IMG/VR virus record: IMGVR_UViG_3300034200_001961
DNA: 64,000 nt
From: an uncultured virus (IMG/VR IMGVR_UViG_3300034200_001961)
Lineage: Duplodnaviria; Heunggongvirae; Uroviricota; Caudoviricetes
Strand: one strand, 5' to 3'
Below, in pieces: positions 1-9,600 of this stretch (position 1 is its first letter; every line of letters starts with the position of its first letter). The translations under genes were made by a program, and so were the position numbers. Under the pieces are notes generated by a model. That model saw only the letters and a list, made by a program, of their open reading frames with translations, did no database searches and was not told the DNA's origin.

Positions 1-262
1 CCGGGCGGGGCGAGACCCTGCGTGTGCCACCTACCCCGTAAGGGTCGACGTTGCTGCGGCCTGGGCTGTTGCCGTAGGGGTTGATATTGCCGGCGCCGCC
101 GACGGGGCGGCGCGCCGGAGGCTGAGGAGATCTAGCTGGCGCCCTGAAGTCGCTGCGGTTCATCTGGCCAAAATTCGGCGGCGCGGGCCTGTCTCGGTAA
201 GGCCTCTTGAAGTCGCTGCGGTTCATTTGGCCGAAGCCTTGAAACATTCCGAATGGATTCAT
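1..262 (-). CDS. Partial hypothetical (likely virion-associated) protein, runs off the window edge
   Basis: ATG at 262 just after the stop of 265..759; open frame MNPFGMFQGFGQMNRSDFKRP... with no stop to position 1; internal duplicated FGQMNRSDF peptide. Confidence 0.65.
   Translation of the reverse strand, partial: MNPFGMFQGFGQMNRSDFKRPYRDRPAPPNFGQMNRSDFRAPARSPQPPARRPVGGAGNINPYGNSPGRSNVDPYGVGGTRRVSPRP
144..232. repeat. Imperfect 26-bp direct repeat (tgaagtcgctgcggttcatYtggcc) x2
   Basis: Copies at about 144-169 and 207-232; they encode the repeated GQMNRSDF peptide on the minus strand. Confidence 0.85.
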
Positions 263-264
263 GG

Positions 265-759
265 TCAGCGCCAGTTGGAGGTTCCGATGTGATGTGTGAT
301 CCGGTCGACCACCGAGGTGTCGGCAGGGCCAGGCAGGGCGTTGACGAACTCGGCGCCGGCAGCCCAGAAGGCGTGGCGCCGAGCGTCTTCGCGGCGATAA
401 TTCGACACGTAGAGACTTTCGGCCAAGCGGTCCACCTCTCGGAGGTAGATTTCTCGTCCGTTCTGATCGGCCTTGATTGGATCGGACTGGAAGATGGCCC
501 GTTCGGTGTCGCCAGTGAAGCGCTCAATGCGCGATGGCCTGGGGCCATCGGCGCCACCGAAAACCTCTGAGAGCGTCCAAGCGCGATCGCAGCGATCTAG
601 GTGCTCAGTGACCTTCTCGTACCAGTAGGAATCCGGAATGCGCGCCATGGCCTCCTCCAGCCGCGACAGGTCGCCGGCGGGGATTCCACCGCCGGAGTTC
701 ATGCCCAGGTGAAACCGAGTGCGGCTTTTGTCGTAAGAAGAAAGTTCCACCGACCCCAC
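265..759 (-). CDS. Putative virion protein, possibly head-tail connector/adaptor
   Basis: 164-aa ORF (GTG start, alternative at 750) co-directional with the capsid genes; function inferred from position only. Confidence 0.55.
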   Translation of the reverse strand: MGSVELSSYDKSRTRFHLGMNSGGGIPAGDLSRLEEAMARIPDSYWYEKVTEHLDRCDRAWTLSEVFGGADGPRPSRIERFTGDTERAIFQSDPIKADQNGREIYLREVDRLAESLYVSNYRREDARRHAFWAAGAEFVNALPGPADTSVVDRITHHIGTSNWR

Positions 760-784
760 AGAGGGTGCAAGGCCAGTCTAGGGC

Positions 785-1213
785 TCAGCCAACGAAGAAC
801 TGGTCTTGCTTTAGCACTTCGTTCCACTCGACTCGTTCGATTCCGCGCAGTTGATCCAGGTTGGTGAAACGCTCACCAGGCAGGGAGTTGCGCAAGTCAA
901 CGATCTTTTTCGCCGTGGCGTAGCCAATGCCCTTGAGAGCCACCAGCTGTTCAGCGCTGGCGGCATTGAGGTTGATCCGGGTTTCAGGAGGAATAGCGCT
1001 CGACGGAATCTCATCCTCGGCCTGCTGGGCTGCTGTTTTTTGAGGCTGGGGGCCATCGGTGCTGGTTCCTGCGCCTGGTTCGAAGAAGAGCAGGTTTTTT
1101 AATTGCGGGTAGTAAGTGCGGCCGTCGTTGGTCTTGACCATCGCGAAGTCGACGTCGTGATAGCCGATGAACTCGACGATCTGGCCGGTGGTCGTGTCTT
1201 TGACGAGAGCCAT
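785..1213 (-). CDS. Helix-hairpin-helix (ComEA-like) DNA-binding protein
   Basis: C-terminal RINLNAASAEQLVALKGIGYATAKKIV matches the ComEA HhH motif; start placed at MALVKD, downstream of the terminator hairpin. Confidence 0.8.
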   Translation of the reverse strand: MALVKDTTTGQIVEFIGYHDVDFAMVKTNDGRTYYPQLKNLLFFEPGAGTSTDGPQPQKTAAQQAEDEIPSSAIPPETRINLNAASAEQLVALKGIGYATAKKIVDLRNSLPGERFTNLDQLRGIERVEWNEVLKQDQFFVG

Positions 1214-1225
1214 GGCGGCAGGCAT

Positions 1226-1257
1226 AAAAAAGGGCACCCGACGCATCGAGTGCCCTT
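1226..1257 (-). terminator. Rho-independent terminator after the capsid operon
   Basis: Minus strand reads aagggcactcg-atgcgt-cgggtgccct followed by a T run. Confidence 0.75.
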
Positions 1258-1281
1258 ATCTTACTGAGCCTGGCGCAAGAC

Positions 1282-1920
1282 TCAGTTCTCAACCCGGAAT
1301 GGCAGCTTGACGTCTTCGAGGCCAGCCACGTCGTCATCGAGCATGTAGTTGACCTCGACGATGATCGGGGTGCCGCCAATCAGGTCGGATGTCAGGTTAG
1401 AGCCAGCCACGGTGCCGGTGCTGTCGGTGGTCATCAGCAGCAAGGTCTCAGCAGCTGTCAGAGCGACAGGGGTGATCAGGCTTTGACGCACCTGCCGGGG
1501 GGTGATGGTAGCCGAGGCCACCGGAGCTAGAGCTGAGCTGGTGGCCACGTTGGCGGCGGTGATCGTGTTGTCGTTGGCCACCGCGTCCGCCAGCTTCAGT
1601 CGATTGGTGTTGGTACCGACTAGGCCACTGGTGGCGACGCCAACCGAGCGGTCCCGGCGCATGTCCGGGATTCGGAAACCGATCGAGTACAGCTGGGCGC
1701 CAATAGGAATCACCAAGCCGACCCGATCGGGACGAGGTTTGTCGTCGGCCCTTAGATCGGGGCTGGGGATTGTGATGGGCCAGCTGTTGGCGCCAGTGGC
1801 GGTAATCAGGGCGTAGCCGAGAACCTGATAGAAGGCCCGGCCAGGCTCGGCAAGCACGGCCTGGTTTTGGTAGCCCGACAGGCGATTGACGTAGTTGCCC
1901 GGGTAGATGGTCTTGGCCAT
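1282..1920 (-). CDS. Structural protein, possibly capsid decoration/minor capsid
   Basis: 212-aa Thr/Ala-rich ORF directly downstream of the MCP and followed by a terminator. Confidence 0.6.
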   Translation of the reverse strand: MAKTIYPGNYVNRLSGYQNQAVLAEPGRAFYQVLGYALITATGANSWPITIPSPDLRADDKPRPDRVGLVIPIGAQLYSIGFRIPDMRRDRSVGVATSGLVGTNTNRLKLADAVANDNTITAANVATSSALAPVASATITPRQVRQSLITPVALTAAETLLLMTTDSTGTVAGSNLTSDLIGGTPIIVEVNYMLDDDVAGLEDVKLPFRVEN

Positions 1921-1965
1921 GAGAAGGATCGCCTACAAGTGGTGAATAAGGATTAGCGGGAAATA

Positions 1966-3114
1966 TCAGTAAACGAAGGAGTAGGCAACCGTCACGAAAT
2001 CCCTGTTCAGAAGTTCAAACGCTCCGAAGAGGCTCCACACCATGATGATGAAACGTCCGAAGTCGTCATCGTTGCTGAGCAGGATTTGGGCATCCTTGCC
2101 GCCGATGCCGACGCCGACCGACTGGGGCCCGAAGAACAAAATCGGAGCCGTAGGGGTCACAGCGTTGGTGATCGACGCACTGGTGATCGTCGCCTGGAGG
2201 CTCTTGGCTGCCAGATTGGTCGACTCGAACCAGCGGACGCCTTCAAAAAGGAAGCCCGTGGGCGAGGTTTGCTGACCGTTGATCGAACCGGCTTGCCCGT
2301 AAGCGGGGCCCATGCCCAGGAAGTTGTGGGCGTTGGGATGCAATGACGGATTCATCGGATCGATCACCCCATTGCCGGGGTAGCGAGCGACTTCCCGGAA
2401 ATCCTTGTCCTGACGAAGGTGCATGCCCGCGGTTGGCGCGTAGATGGCCCTGTAATAGCCATCGTCGAAGCGGGGTACATTCCGCTCGCCCATGTCTTTG
2501 ACTACAGGCAGCAAGTCGTTGACGACCGAGAATTTGCCGGTGTCGGTGCCGGTGCCGGCGTAGGTGAGGAATGGTGCGCTGGCAGCGCGAACCTTGGCAC
2601 CAGGGTAATAATAGCCACCCCTGGTGGAACTAGCCGGGCCATTGGACTCAGCCTTGAACAGTTCGTCGGAGAAGACGCGATCCTTCCAACGACGGTAGTC
2701 ATCGAGCATGGTCATCGAACCAATGCTCTGGTGGAACATAGTGATGTTCCCGTAGTCGAGCAGCAGTCGCTGACCGGTGAGCAGGGTCTCGCGGGCCACC
2801 TTGAAGGTCGAAGGCGCGGCGGGGTCGTTCGGGTCGGCGGGGCCGGTGTACTCCTCGAGGCTCACCAGCACTTTGTCCTTGACGATATTCCGGGAGGAAG
2901 CCGTGCCAAGGGTCTGGTCAGCGGTGCGCTTGCGGCTGTCCTTGGTGCCGGGGTTCCCCCAGAACCGGTAGCGGTCCAACTGCACGGTCTGACCGGGAGA
3001 TTTACCCCAATCCCAAACGACCAAGGGAGCCGACACCATTTCCACCACATAGCTCGGGTGAGGCCGGTGGAGTTCAACCCCAAGCAATTTTGGAAAATCG
3101 TTGTCGATCCACAT
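1966..3114 (-). CDS. Major capsid protein (HK97 fold, N4-gp56-like)
   Basis: 382 aa, strongly biased codons; motifs PGQTVQLDRY, GFLFEGVRWFESTN and DDFGRFIIMVW resemble this MCP class; structural gene context. Confidence 0.8.
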   Translation of the reverse strand: MWIDNDFPKLLGVELHRPHPSYVVEMVSAPLVVWDWGKSPGQTVQLDRYRFWGNPGTKDSRKRTADQTLGTASSRNIVKDKVLVSLEEYTGPADPNDPAAPSTFKVARETLLTGQRLLLDYGNITMFHQSIGSMTMLDDYRRWKDRVFSDELFKAESNGPASSTRGGYYYPGAKVRAASAPFLTYAGTGTDTGKFSVVNDLLPVVKDMGERNVPRFDDGYYRAIYAPTAGMHLRQDKDFREVARYPGNGVIDPMNPSLHPNAHNFLGMGPAYGQAGSINGQQTSPTGFLFEGVRWFESTNLAAKSLQATITSASITNAVTPTAPILFFGPQSVGVGIGGKDAQILLSNDDDFGRFIIMVWSLFGAFELLNRDFVTVAYSFVY

Positions 3115-3143
3115 GGCGTGGCGTCTCCCGTGTCGCGTGATCT

Positions 3144-3158
3144 GTCTTAATCTAAGAC
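3144..3158. promoter_or_regulatory. Palindrome GTCTTA-ATC-TAAGAC in the divergent MCP/LAGLIDADG intergenic region
   Basis: Perfect 6-bp inverted repeat in a 65-bp gap between divergent genes; contains the late-gene motif TTAGATT on the minus strand. Confidence 0.5.
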
Positions 3159-3179
3159 TGGTGAATCGGGAAAACTTGC

Positions 3180-3872
3180 ATGACGCCAGACCAGGCTCGC
3201 GGCCTGTCTTCTGTCCTTGTCTCCAGCGGCAGCTTCTACCTGTTGCGCCGCCCCACGGTCAGTTACATCGAGATCGTCTGGTCTGGCTCCCAGCGCCAGG
3301 CCGCCTACTTCCACGAAAAAGTTGCTGAAATTCAGCACTTTTTCCCGACAGCCGCCCAGGTTTCTCCGGGGACTGCTCAATCGCCAGGGCTTCGCTTCAA
3401 AATCACCAGCGATCGTCTTCGGCCCCTCTACAACCTCTTCGTACCCCGCGGCAGCCGCCGGATCTCCTCGGCTTGCCTAGAGCTCTGCGGTGCCCGAGCG
3501 ATTGCCTGGCTGTTCAGCGATCACGGCCGCCGCACCCCCCGCGGCTTCGAACTTGGCTCCGTGGCCCGCCACGCGGAAGAGGCTGTCCTGCTGGCTCAGT
3601 GGATCAAGACCATTCTGGGTGTCGACTGCCGGGCCCGTCTGCGCGGCCGGCGCCTTGCCCTGCTCTTGGACTCGACCAATGCCGCCAAGGCTGCTGAGCA
3701 GTTGCTTGATTACAGCCCCGCCTCGCGCCGCCACCTTTTCCTCCAGCTCCTCAATGACCGCGATCCCGTTTGCGACCCGTGTGATCTGCTACTGCTTGGG
3801 AACCAAGGGGCAGCTAGACCTGCGCGGCAAGCGCTCGCGCCCCTGGCTCAAACTCCGCCGCTCAGAGCTTGA
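3180..3872 (+). CDS. Degenerate LAGLIDADG (LAGLIDADG_2-like) protein 1
   Basis: Pattern ...AYFHEKV...LRPLYNLFVPRGSRRIS...AIAWLFSDHG...EEAVLLAQWIK typical of two-motif LAGLIDADG proteins; first motif (VLVSSG) lacks the acidic residue. Confidence 0.65.
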   Translation: MTPDQARGLSSVLVSSGSFYLLRRPTVSYIEIVWSGSQRQAAYFHEKVAEIQHFFPTAAQVSPGTAQSPGLRFKITSDRLRPLYNLFVPRGSRRISSACLELCGARAIAWLFSDHGRRTPRGFELGSVARHAEEAVLLAQWIKTILGVDCRARLRGRRLALLLDSTNAAKAAEQLLDYSPASRRHLFLQLLNDRDPVCDPCDLLLLGNQGAARPARQALAPLAQTPPLRA

Positions 3873-4374
3873 GCAGACCTACCTGGACCACCAGGTGAGG
3901 ATGCTCAGGCGCCTTCATCCCCAGCCGGGCAGCTTCAAGGTGCACTGGAATCGGCTCGGCGCCGATTCGGTCTACGACGACCTGGTTGCCGAGTTTACCT
4001 GCCCTGAACTCTGGGGCGCTTACGATCTCCTCTACCCCCGCGACCGCCGTCGCATCACCAGCGAGGCCCTGGTCGCTGTCGGGCTGCCGGGGCTGGCTGC
4101 TGCCTGGCTTGACGAGGGAGAACGCAATCCGCAAAGCGCCAAGCTGCGCCTGTTCGGCCCTGGGCCTAGCGACGTTGAGATCCTCGGCTGGATCGAGAGT
4201 CTTGGGGTCCCGGGCCGCATCGCGCCAGGGCCGCGCCTGCAAATGTCCCTGGCTTTTGATCAGTGGCAGGCTGACACTCTCGTGCGCCAAATTCGTCCTC
4301 TTGTGCACCGCAGCATGGCCTATCGCTTGAGGCCCGCAGCCCCGGGCGCTCGTGCCCTTTACGCTGGTTTTTGA
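3754..4374 (+). CDS. Degenerate LAGLIDADG (LAGLIDADG_2-like) protein 2
   Basis: ATG at 3754 in frame with ORF 3490..4374; YDLLYPRDRRRIT, GLAAAWLDEG and the IRPLVHRSMAYRL ending are characteristic; first motif (YCLGTKG) lacks Asp. Confidence 0.7.
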   Translation: MTAIPFATRVICYCLGTKGQLDLRGKRSRPWLKLRRSELEQTYLDHQVRMLRRLHPQPGSFKVHWNRLGADSVYDDLVAEFTCPELWGAYDLLYPRDRRRITSEALVAVGLPGLAAAWLDEGERNPQSAKLRLFGPGPSDVEILGWIESLGVPGRIAPGPRLQMSLAFDQWQADTLVRQIRPLVHRSMAYRLRPAAPGARALYAGF

Positions 4375-6620
4375 TGCCGGCGCAGTTCTCAATGGCAGGC
4401 CAGGGAGGGGGCAGGCCCTGGCGGGACCTGGGGCCGCTGACCACTCAGTCCAGCGTCCAGCGCGGGACGATCGGCGAGAGCAGCGGCGCTGCCACCTTGC
4501 TGCTGGCCTTTCAGCTGCCGCGCCCGGCGACCGTTTTTGTGCGGCTCCTGCCGCTCTCGCCATTTACTGATCGTTTTATCGGCGCAGCGTTGCAAGACGC
4601 AAGCGGCCACGGGATTGCCCTGGCGGACGACAGCCGGGCGGTTTTCGTCAATGCGCTCAATACTCCGGCCGACGAGGCCCGCAGGCGCCTTCCTGCCGGC
4701 GACTATCGCGTTGTCATTAGCACCAGTCAGTGGCAAGAGGCCCCCTTTGCTCTCCAGCTGGACTCTTTCGCTCTGGAGAGCCCGCGCCTAGTAGCGGCAG
4801 GGCAGGGGCGACTGCGCGGCAGGCTGTCTACCGCAAGACCAGAGGTCTTTCTCCGCGCTCGCGGTGGACTGAGGGCTTCCCTGCAGCCTGTCGACTCTCT
4901 GCTCTGGCGAGGCACAGGCGCCGCCGGCCTGCGGGCTGGCCTGCAAGTGCTCCCCAGCTACGAGCAGCCGCCGCCGGCGGGGTTGGGCCATGTTTGGTTC
5001 ATCCGTCAAACGGGCCCAAGCGGACGCCTGCGCCTGGGAGGTGCAAGCGGGGTGAATTGGGTCACCCTTGAATTGAGTGACACTCTGCCGGGGTACATCG
5101 CTTCCGAGCTGGCCCTGCCTGACTTCCGCTTCAATGCCGGGCGTCGCACGATCTTCTCGGACCGCGCCTACGACATTTACGGAGCTTACCCAGAACTCGG
5201 CGTCGCCCCATCTGTGCTCCGCGCCCAGTCCTCCCCGGACACCCCGAGGGTGCCCTATCTGGATCTCACTAACGGCCGCCATCGCCGCGAGGTCTTGGTC
5301 GCCTTGCCTCTCGACGCGAGCCGCTGCTTGGTGCTGCACCTCGAGGAAACTTTGGCATGGAACAACGACGTCGTCCTTGACGTCGATGACGCACTGCCTG
5401 TCTCCCCCCGGCTGATCGTGAGCAATCGACGCCGCTCCTGGTTTCACCGCCGGCGGGTCAGCACCTTCGTCACCGACGGACTGGCGCTGCGGCGGCTGCA
5501 GAACCCTCCGTCCGCCCTGCTGCTGCAGCTCGATACGGTCCTGCCGCCCCTGGATCAGCAGCTGGTGGAGCGTGCGGTCCGGGTGCCTGGGCCCTCGTTT
5601 CGCCTGCCGCCTTTGCGGATCCTCTTCCCCGTCTTTGTCGCCGAAGCTCGCCCACCGGCGGCGGCCGACGTCGTCTTCGGGGCCGACCCCAGTGAACGCG
5701 CCGCGGGACTGCTTCTCAGTTACGGCATGACCCGTCTACTGGCCGCTGACACCTTGATGAGTTCGATGGCGATCTACCGGACCCTGGAGGATTTTTCGGC
5801 CATTACCGCCAAGGCGGACTACGACCCCAAGGCCACTGGCTTCGTGATCGCCAACATTCCGGACCGCCCTGACGGGCTGCCGATTCTCAGCCCCTGGCTG
5901 AGGGATGGTGGCTATCGCGTCACAGGAACCGCCACCGGGTCTTACCAGGCCCCTGGCGATCAACTATTGCGCTACGGACGCTGGAACGGCCCCTTGCCTG
6001 CGAGAACTGACACTGAGGTCAGCGCAGCCGATCCCCGCTGGTCGCTGGCGGTCCAGGGATTAGCCCTGAGTGCTGACCGGTTGTTCCGCACCGAGGCGCC
6101 TTCGGTGCTGCTGTCCTATGACTGGGGCAACGGCGCCTACTGCCGCCTGAAGCTCCAAGGATTGGGCTTCAGCGATGAGGACCTTTCCGTCGCCCCACCT
6201 GAGCGGCCGCAAAGCGGCACTCTCAACGGCGGGCGCCCGCGCCCCCTGGCCGGACGAGGCGGGCTGGCGCTAGGAGAGCTTACTGCCCAGCAAACCCGCC
6301 GGTTGCGCGTCGTCCAGCACGGCCGAGGGCGACTCATGGGCGATTTAGCCTGGGGCCTTCGCGGCCGGCTCAAAGCTCGGGGCCAGATGAGGGCGACTCT
6401 CACCGTTGCTCCCGACCTGACGATTGTGCGGCGGCTCCTGCGCGGCTTCCTTGCTGGCGCGGGCGGCCTTGATCGCGGTCGGCTCAACCGGCCCCCGACC
6501 CGACTGACCGGTCGAGGGTCTCTTGGTCGCCCCTGGCTAAGCGCTAAGCCGCCGAACGAGTTCCCACTGGTCAGGGCAACCGGCCGAGGGCGCCTGATCG
6601 CAACCCTGAGTGCCACTTGA
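4371..6620 (+). CDS. Putative tail/structural protein
   Basis: 749 aa; N-terminal domain paralogous to the next gene (YRVVISTSQWQEAPF vs YTVVVSCSQWQSTPF); many G-x-G-x-L repeats. Confidence 0.6.
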   Translation: MMPAQFSMAGQGGGRPWRDLGPLTTQSSVQRGTIGESSGAATLLLAFQLPRPATVFVRLLPLSPFTDRFIGAALQDASGHGIALADDSRAVFVNALNTPADEARRRLPAGDYRVVISTSQWQEAPFALQLDSFALESPRLVAAGQGRLRGRLSTARPEVFLRARGGLRASLQPVDSLLWRGTGAAGLRAGLQVLPSYEQPPPAGLGHVWFIRQTGPSGRLRLGGASGVNWVTLELSDTLPGYIASELALPDFRFNAGRRTIFSDRAYDIYGAYPELGVAPSVLRAQSSPDTPRVPYLDLTNGRHRREVLVALPLDASRCLVLHLEETLAWNNDVVLDVDDALPVSPRLIVSNRRRSWFHRRRVSTFVTDGLALRRLQNPPSALLLQLDTVLPPLDQQLVERAVRVPGPSFRLPPLRILFPVFVAEARPPAAADVVFGADPSERAAGLLLSYGMTRLLAADTLMSSMAIYRTLEDFSAITAKADYDPKATGFVIANIPDRPDGLPILSPWLRDGGYRVTGTATGSYQAPGDQLLRYGRWNGPLPARTDTEVSAADPRWSLAVQGLALSADRLFRTEAPSVLLSYDWGNGAYCRLKLQGLGFSDEDLSVAPPERPQSGTLNGGRPRPLAGRGGLALGELTAQQTRRLRVVQHGRGRLMGDLAWGLRGRLKARGQMRATLTVAPDLTIVRRLLRGFLAGAGGLDRGRLNRPPTRLTGRGSLGRPWLSAKPPNEFPLVRATGRGRLIATLSAT

Positions 6621-6680
6621 CACGGGGCGCATGCTACGGCGCTGCCAGAATGCCCTGATCACCAGGGCGTTCAGGGAAGC

Positions 6681-9600
6681 ATGACGAATTGGTCGCAGGA
6701 TGGCGCCCCATCGTTCAACCGACCTGAGCTGGTTCGCTTCGATTCGCTGCGCGACAGCAAGGACCTCGGGGCGATCACCGACATCAAGGCCCACCTGTCC
6801 GGCTTCATCGGCGCCGAAGCCGGCTCTCAAAGCCTGTTTTTCTCTTTCCAGCTGCTTGTGCCTGGTGCCATCCAGGTCCAGACCGTCACAGGTAGCAAGT
6901 GGACCGCTCGCTTTGTCTCCGCCTCCCTGCGCTCGGAGTCCGGCAGTATCGGCTTGGACGATCGCGGCAACGCCCGTGGTGTCGACATTGTCAACAGCAT
7001 CGACGCTGACGAGGCGCTGGCTCCTTTCCCGCCCGGGAAATACACCGTGGTGGTTTCCTGCTCCCAGTGGCAGTCAACGCCTTTCGAGTTGGTCCTGCGG
7101 GTCAACCCGACCACCAGACTGCATGCCGACATCACTGGCCGCGGCGGGCTTGGACGGTACACCCGCTTGCGCGTGGCTGTTGCCCGCCTTAGCGGCGCGC
7201 TCACCGGCCTCGGCCAACTCCGGGCGCCAGGCTCGGGCTTGTTTTCGGGCCGCCGCGACCGCCCTCTTGTCGGCGGCTTCCTCGCCGGTGGGGGCGCGCT
7301 AACGGGCAAGCTTTCGATTCGTGAACCTCTACGCAGCCTGTCTGGCGCCTTTCTTGCCGGCCGCGGCGGCCTTGGAGCTTCGACAGTGGTTTCAAGCAAC
7401 CTGGGCCCCAGGATGTGGGCCTCCAGACTTGTGACCCCAACAGAGACGGCAGATAGCGCCAGCTACGCCAGCGTAGCCTTGAGTGAGGCCGATTACAGTC
7501 TCCACGCTTTTTACTATCTCCCGCCTGGATCTCCCAGCAGCCAGCGGCGGCTTGCGGTAACTTACCGCGCCCCTAATGGACAGGTGCTATGGAGCCGTCT
7601 TACTGATATTTACTGCTTAACCAATGATACGCAGGGCTGGAAAGTGCTCGCCTTGACCGGTGGCGACTTCCTCTTGTTCAGTCAAAGCCAGGCGGCCTTC
7701 GGCGGCCTACTTGCAATTCGCATCGGACGAGACGGAGTTATTGCTTGGAAGCGACAATTTGGAGCTCGTATCAATCCTGTGATTATTGGAGGTAGCAACA
7801 ACGGCAGCGAGATCGAGCAAATCAGTGACGCAGCCCTGCAGCCTTCGTTGAATCGGGTTACATTCGCCGTTGTCATAGGCGGCTTCACTCCTGGCTATAT
7901 CACGCTTGACCTTAACACTGGGGCTGCTGTTTCGGCTCGCGCGTTAAGTGGTGGCACCATGCAGACTGGCCATATAGTTTTTTTTGACAGCGGCGTCACT
8001 CTTAACGCCCCCTTGATCAAGGCGGACGGCCGATTTATACTGACTGGTAGCAAAAGAGGCCAGCCAGCCTACACATGGACCGTGGAATGCGATAGCAACC
8101 TTACCGGCGTCAAGACGTTTTACAAATACACTGACGGCACTAGCCTCGTTTTCGACGGCAGCGCAGTGCTGCATACGGATGGCTCTGTCACGATTGTAGG
8201 AAGTACTCAAATTAGCAACGGGAGCAGAGCGAGCCTCGACTCCACTTTATTGCAGCTTGCCCCAGACTTGACGATCCGTCGCCGCGTTACCGGCGCTGGC
8301 GACTCTGTCCTTTCCGGACAGGCGGCGTTGGCGGCCACCGATACTCTAGGCGCTCTGCATTACGGCAACTCCTATGGCCTCTACTCGCGGGACTACGAGG
8401 GCGACCTCACCTATCGCCATACAACTTTTGTTGGGCTGCCGGGGCGTATTGATCAGATCTCCGTCACCAAGCCTGGGCCCTGGTTCAACATTGCCAGCCA
8501 GTGGGGCATCCTGGCCACTTCCACTGCTCCCAATCAGCCAGCGCTGGGAACAGTGGTGGTAGGTTTCGAGGTAGACATGGCGCCCACAACTGTCGCTAAT
8601 GGGCTGAACTACAGCATCACTATCGGCACTTCTGAGAACGTCCCGCAAGCCCGCCAGGTTGTGCCGGCCGTGGTCGCCCTTGACCTTGACGAAAACGACG
8701 GTGGCATTGTACCGATTGCGTTCGTTTCTTTAATAGTCGTCCTTAACACAAGTACACCTACCTGGAACCCAGTCTTTGCTGATGCCAGTTCAATTCTTGC
8801 CTGGGAGCTGACATCCAGCACGATTCGCCGTGGAATCTCTAGTGGATTTCCTCAACTGGCGATTAAGCCCGACCCTGCGATAGAGCCAGACCCTTTAGCT
8901 CAGTTCGTTGTTTTCCATCTGCCAGGCACCGGTATTCCTGACACGAACTTCTTTGTCGACCACTCTCGATTCGCTCACCAACCGATTCCGCTTGGCAACG
9001 TCAGGTACTCAACTGAACAAGCCCTTTACCCAGACCTTGGCGGCTTTTTCGAGCGCACTTCTATTCGCTTTGACGGCACCGAAGACGCAATTGCCTACGC
9101 GCCATCGCCGGCTTTTCGTTTTGGCAGGGAAAATTTTACAATTGAAACCAAAATTTTTCGGCTCAATAGCAACCCTTGCATCCTGTTTAGCAACAGCCAG
9201 GTTAGCGATCCAGGAGCCCATAGCAATAGTTTTTACCTGGCTCTCGACGCTGATGGGATCCTTGAGATCTTTTCGATAGGACGCGGCCGGCTTTCCCCCG
9301 TTAACTCTAGGTCCCCGAGGCGCACCGTGCCTTACGGCGCTTGGTCTCACGTTGCCCTAACAAGAGAGGATCAAATATGGCGCGTTCACATCAATGGCCA
9401 GGCTGACGCAGCGGCCTGGCGTTACGACCTGGATCTAAGCGCTGGCGCCTTACTGATTGGTCGGGGGACTGAGATCCCTACAGACGGGCGCTGGTCTACA
9501 GGCAATGGCATCACTGTCGGCGCCAACTACTTTCCCTTCACCGGCTTCATGGCCGACATTCGAATCACCAAGGGAGCTGCTCGCTATCACCGCAACTTTC

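Noticed and set aside
1966..4374. LAGLIDADG ORFs as part of an intron or intein in the capsid gene
   Set aside because: They lie outside and opposite to an uninterrupted MCP ORF, and no intein C/HN termini or splice context was seen.
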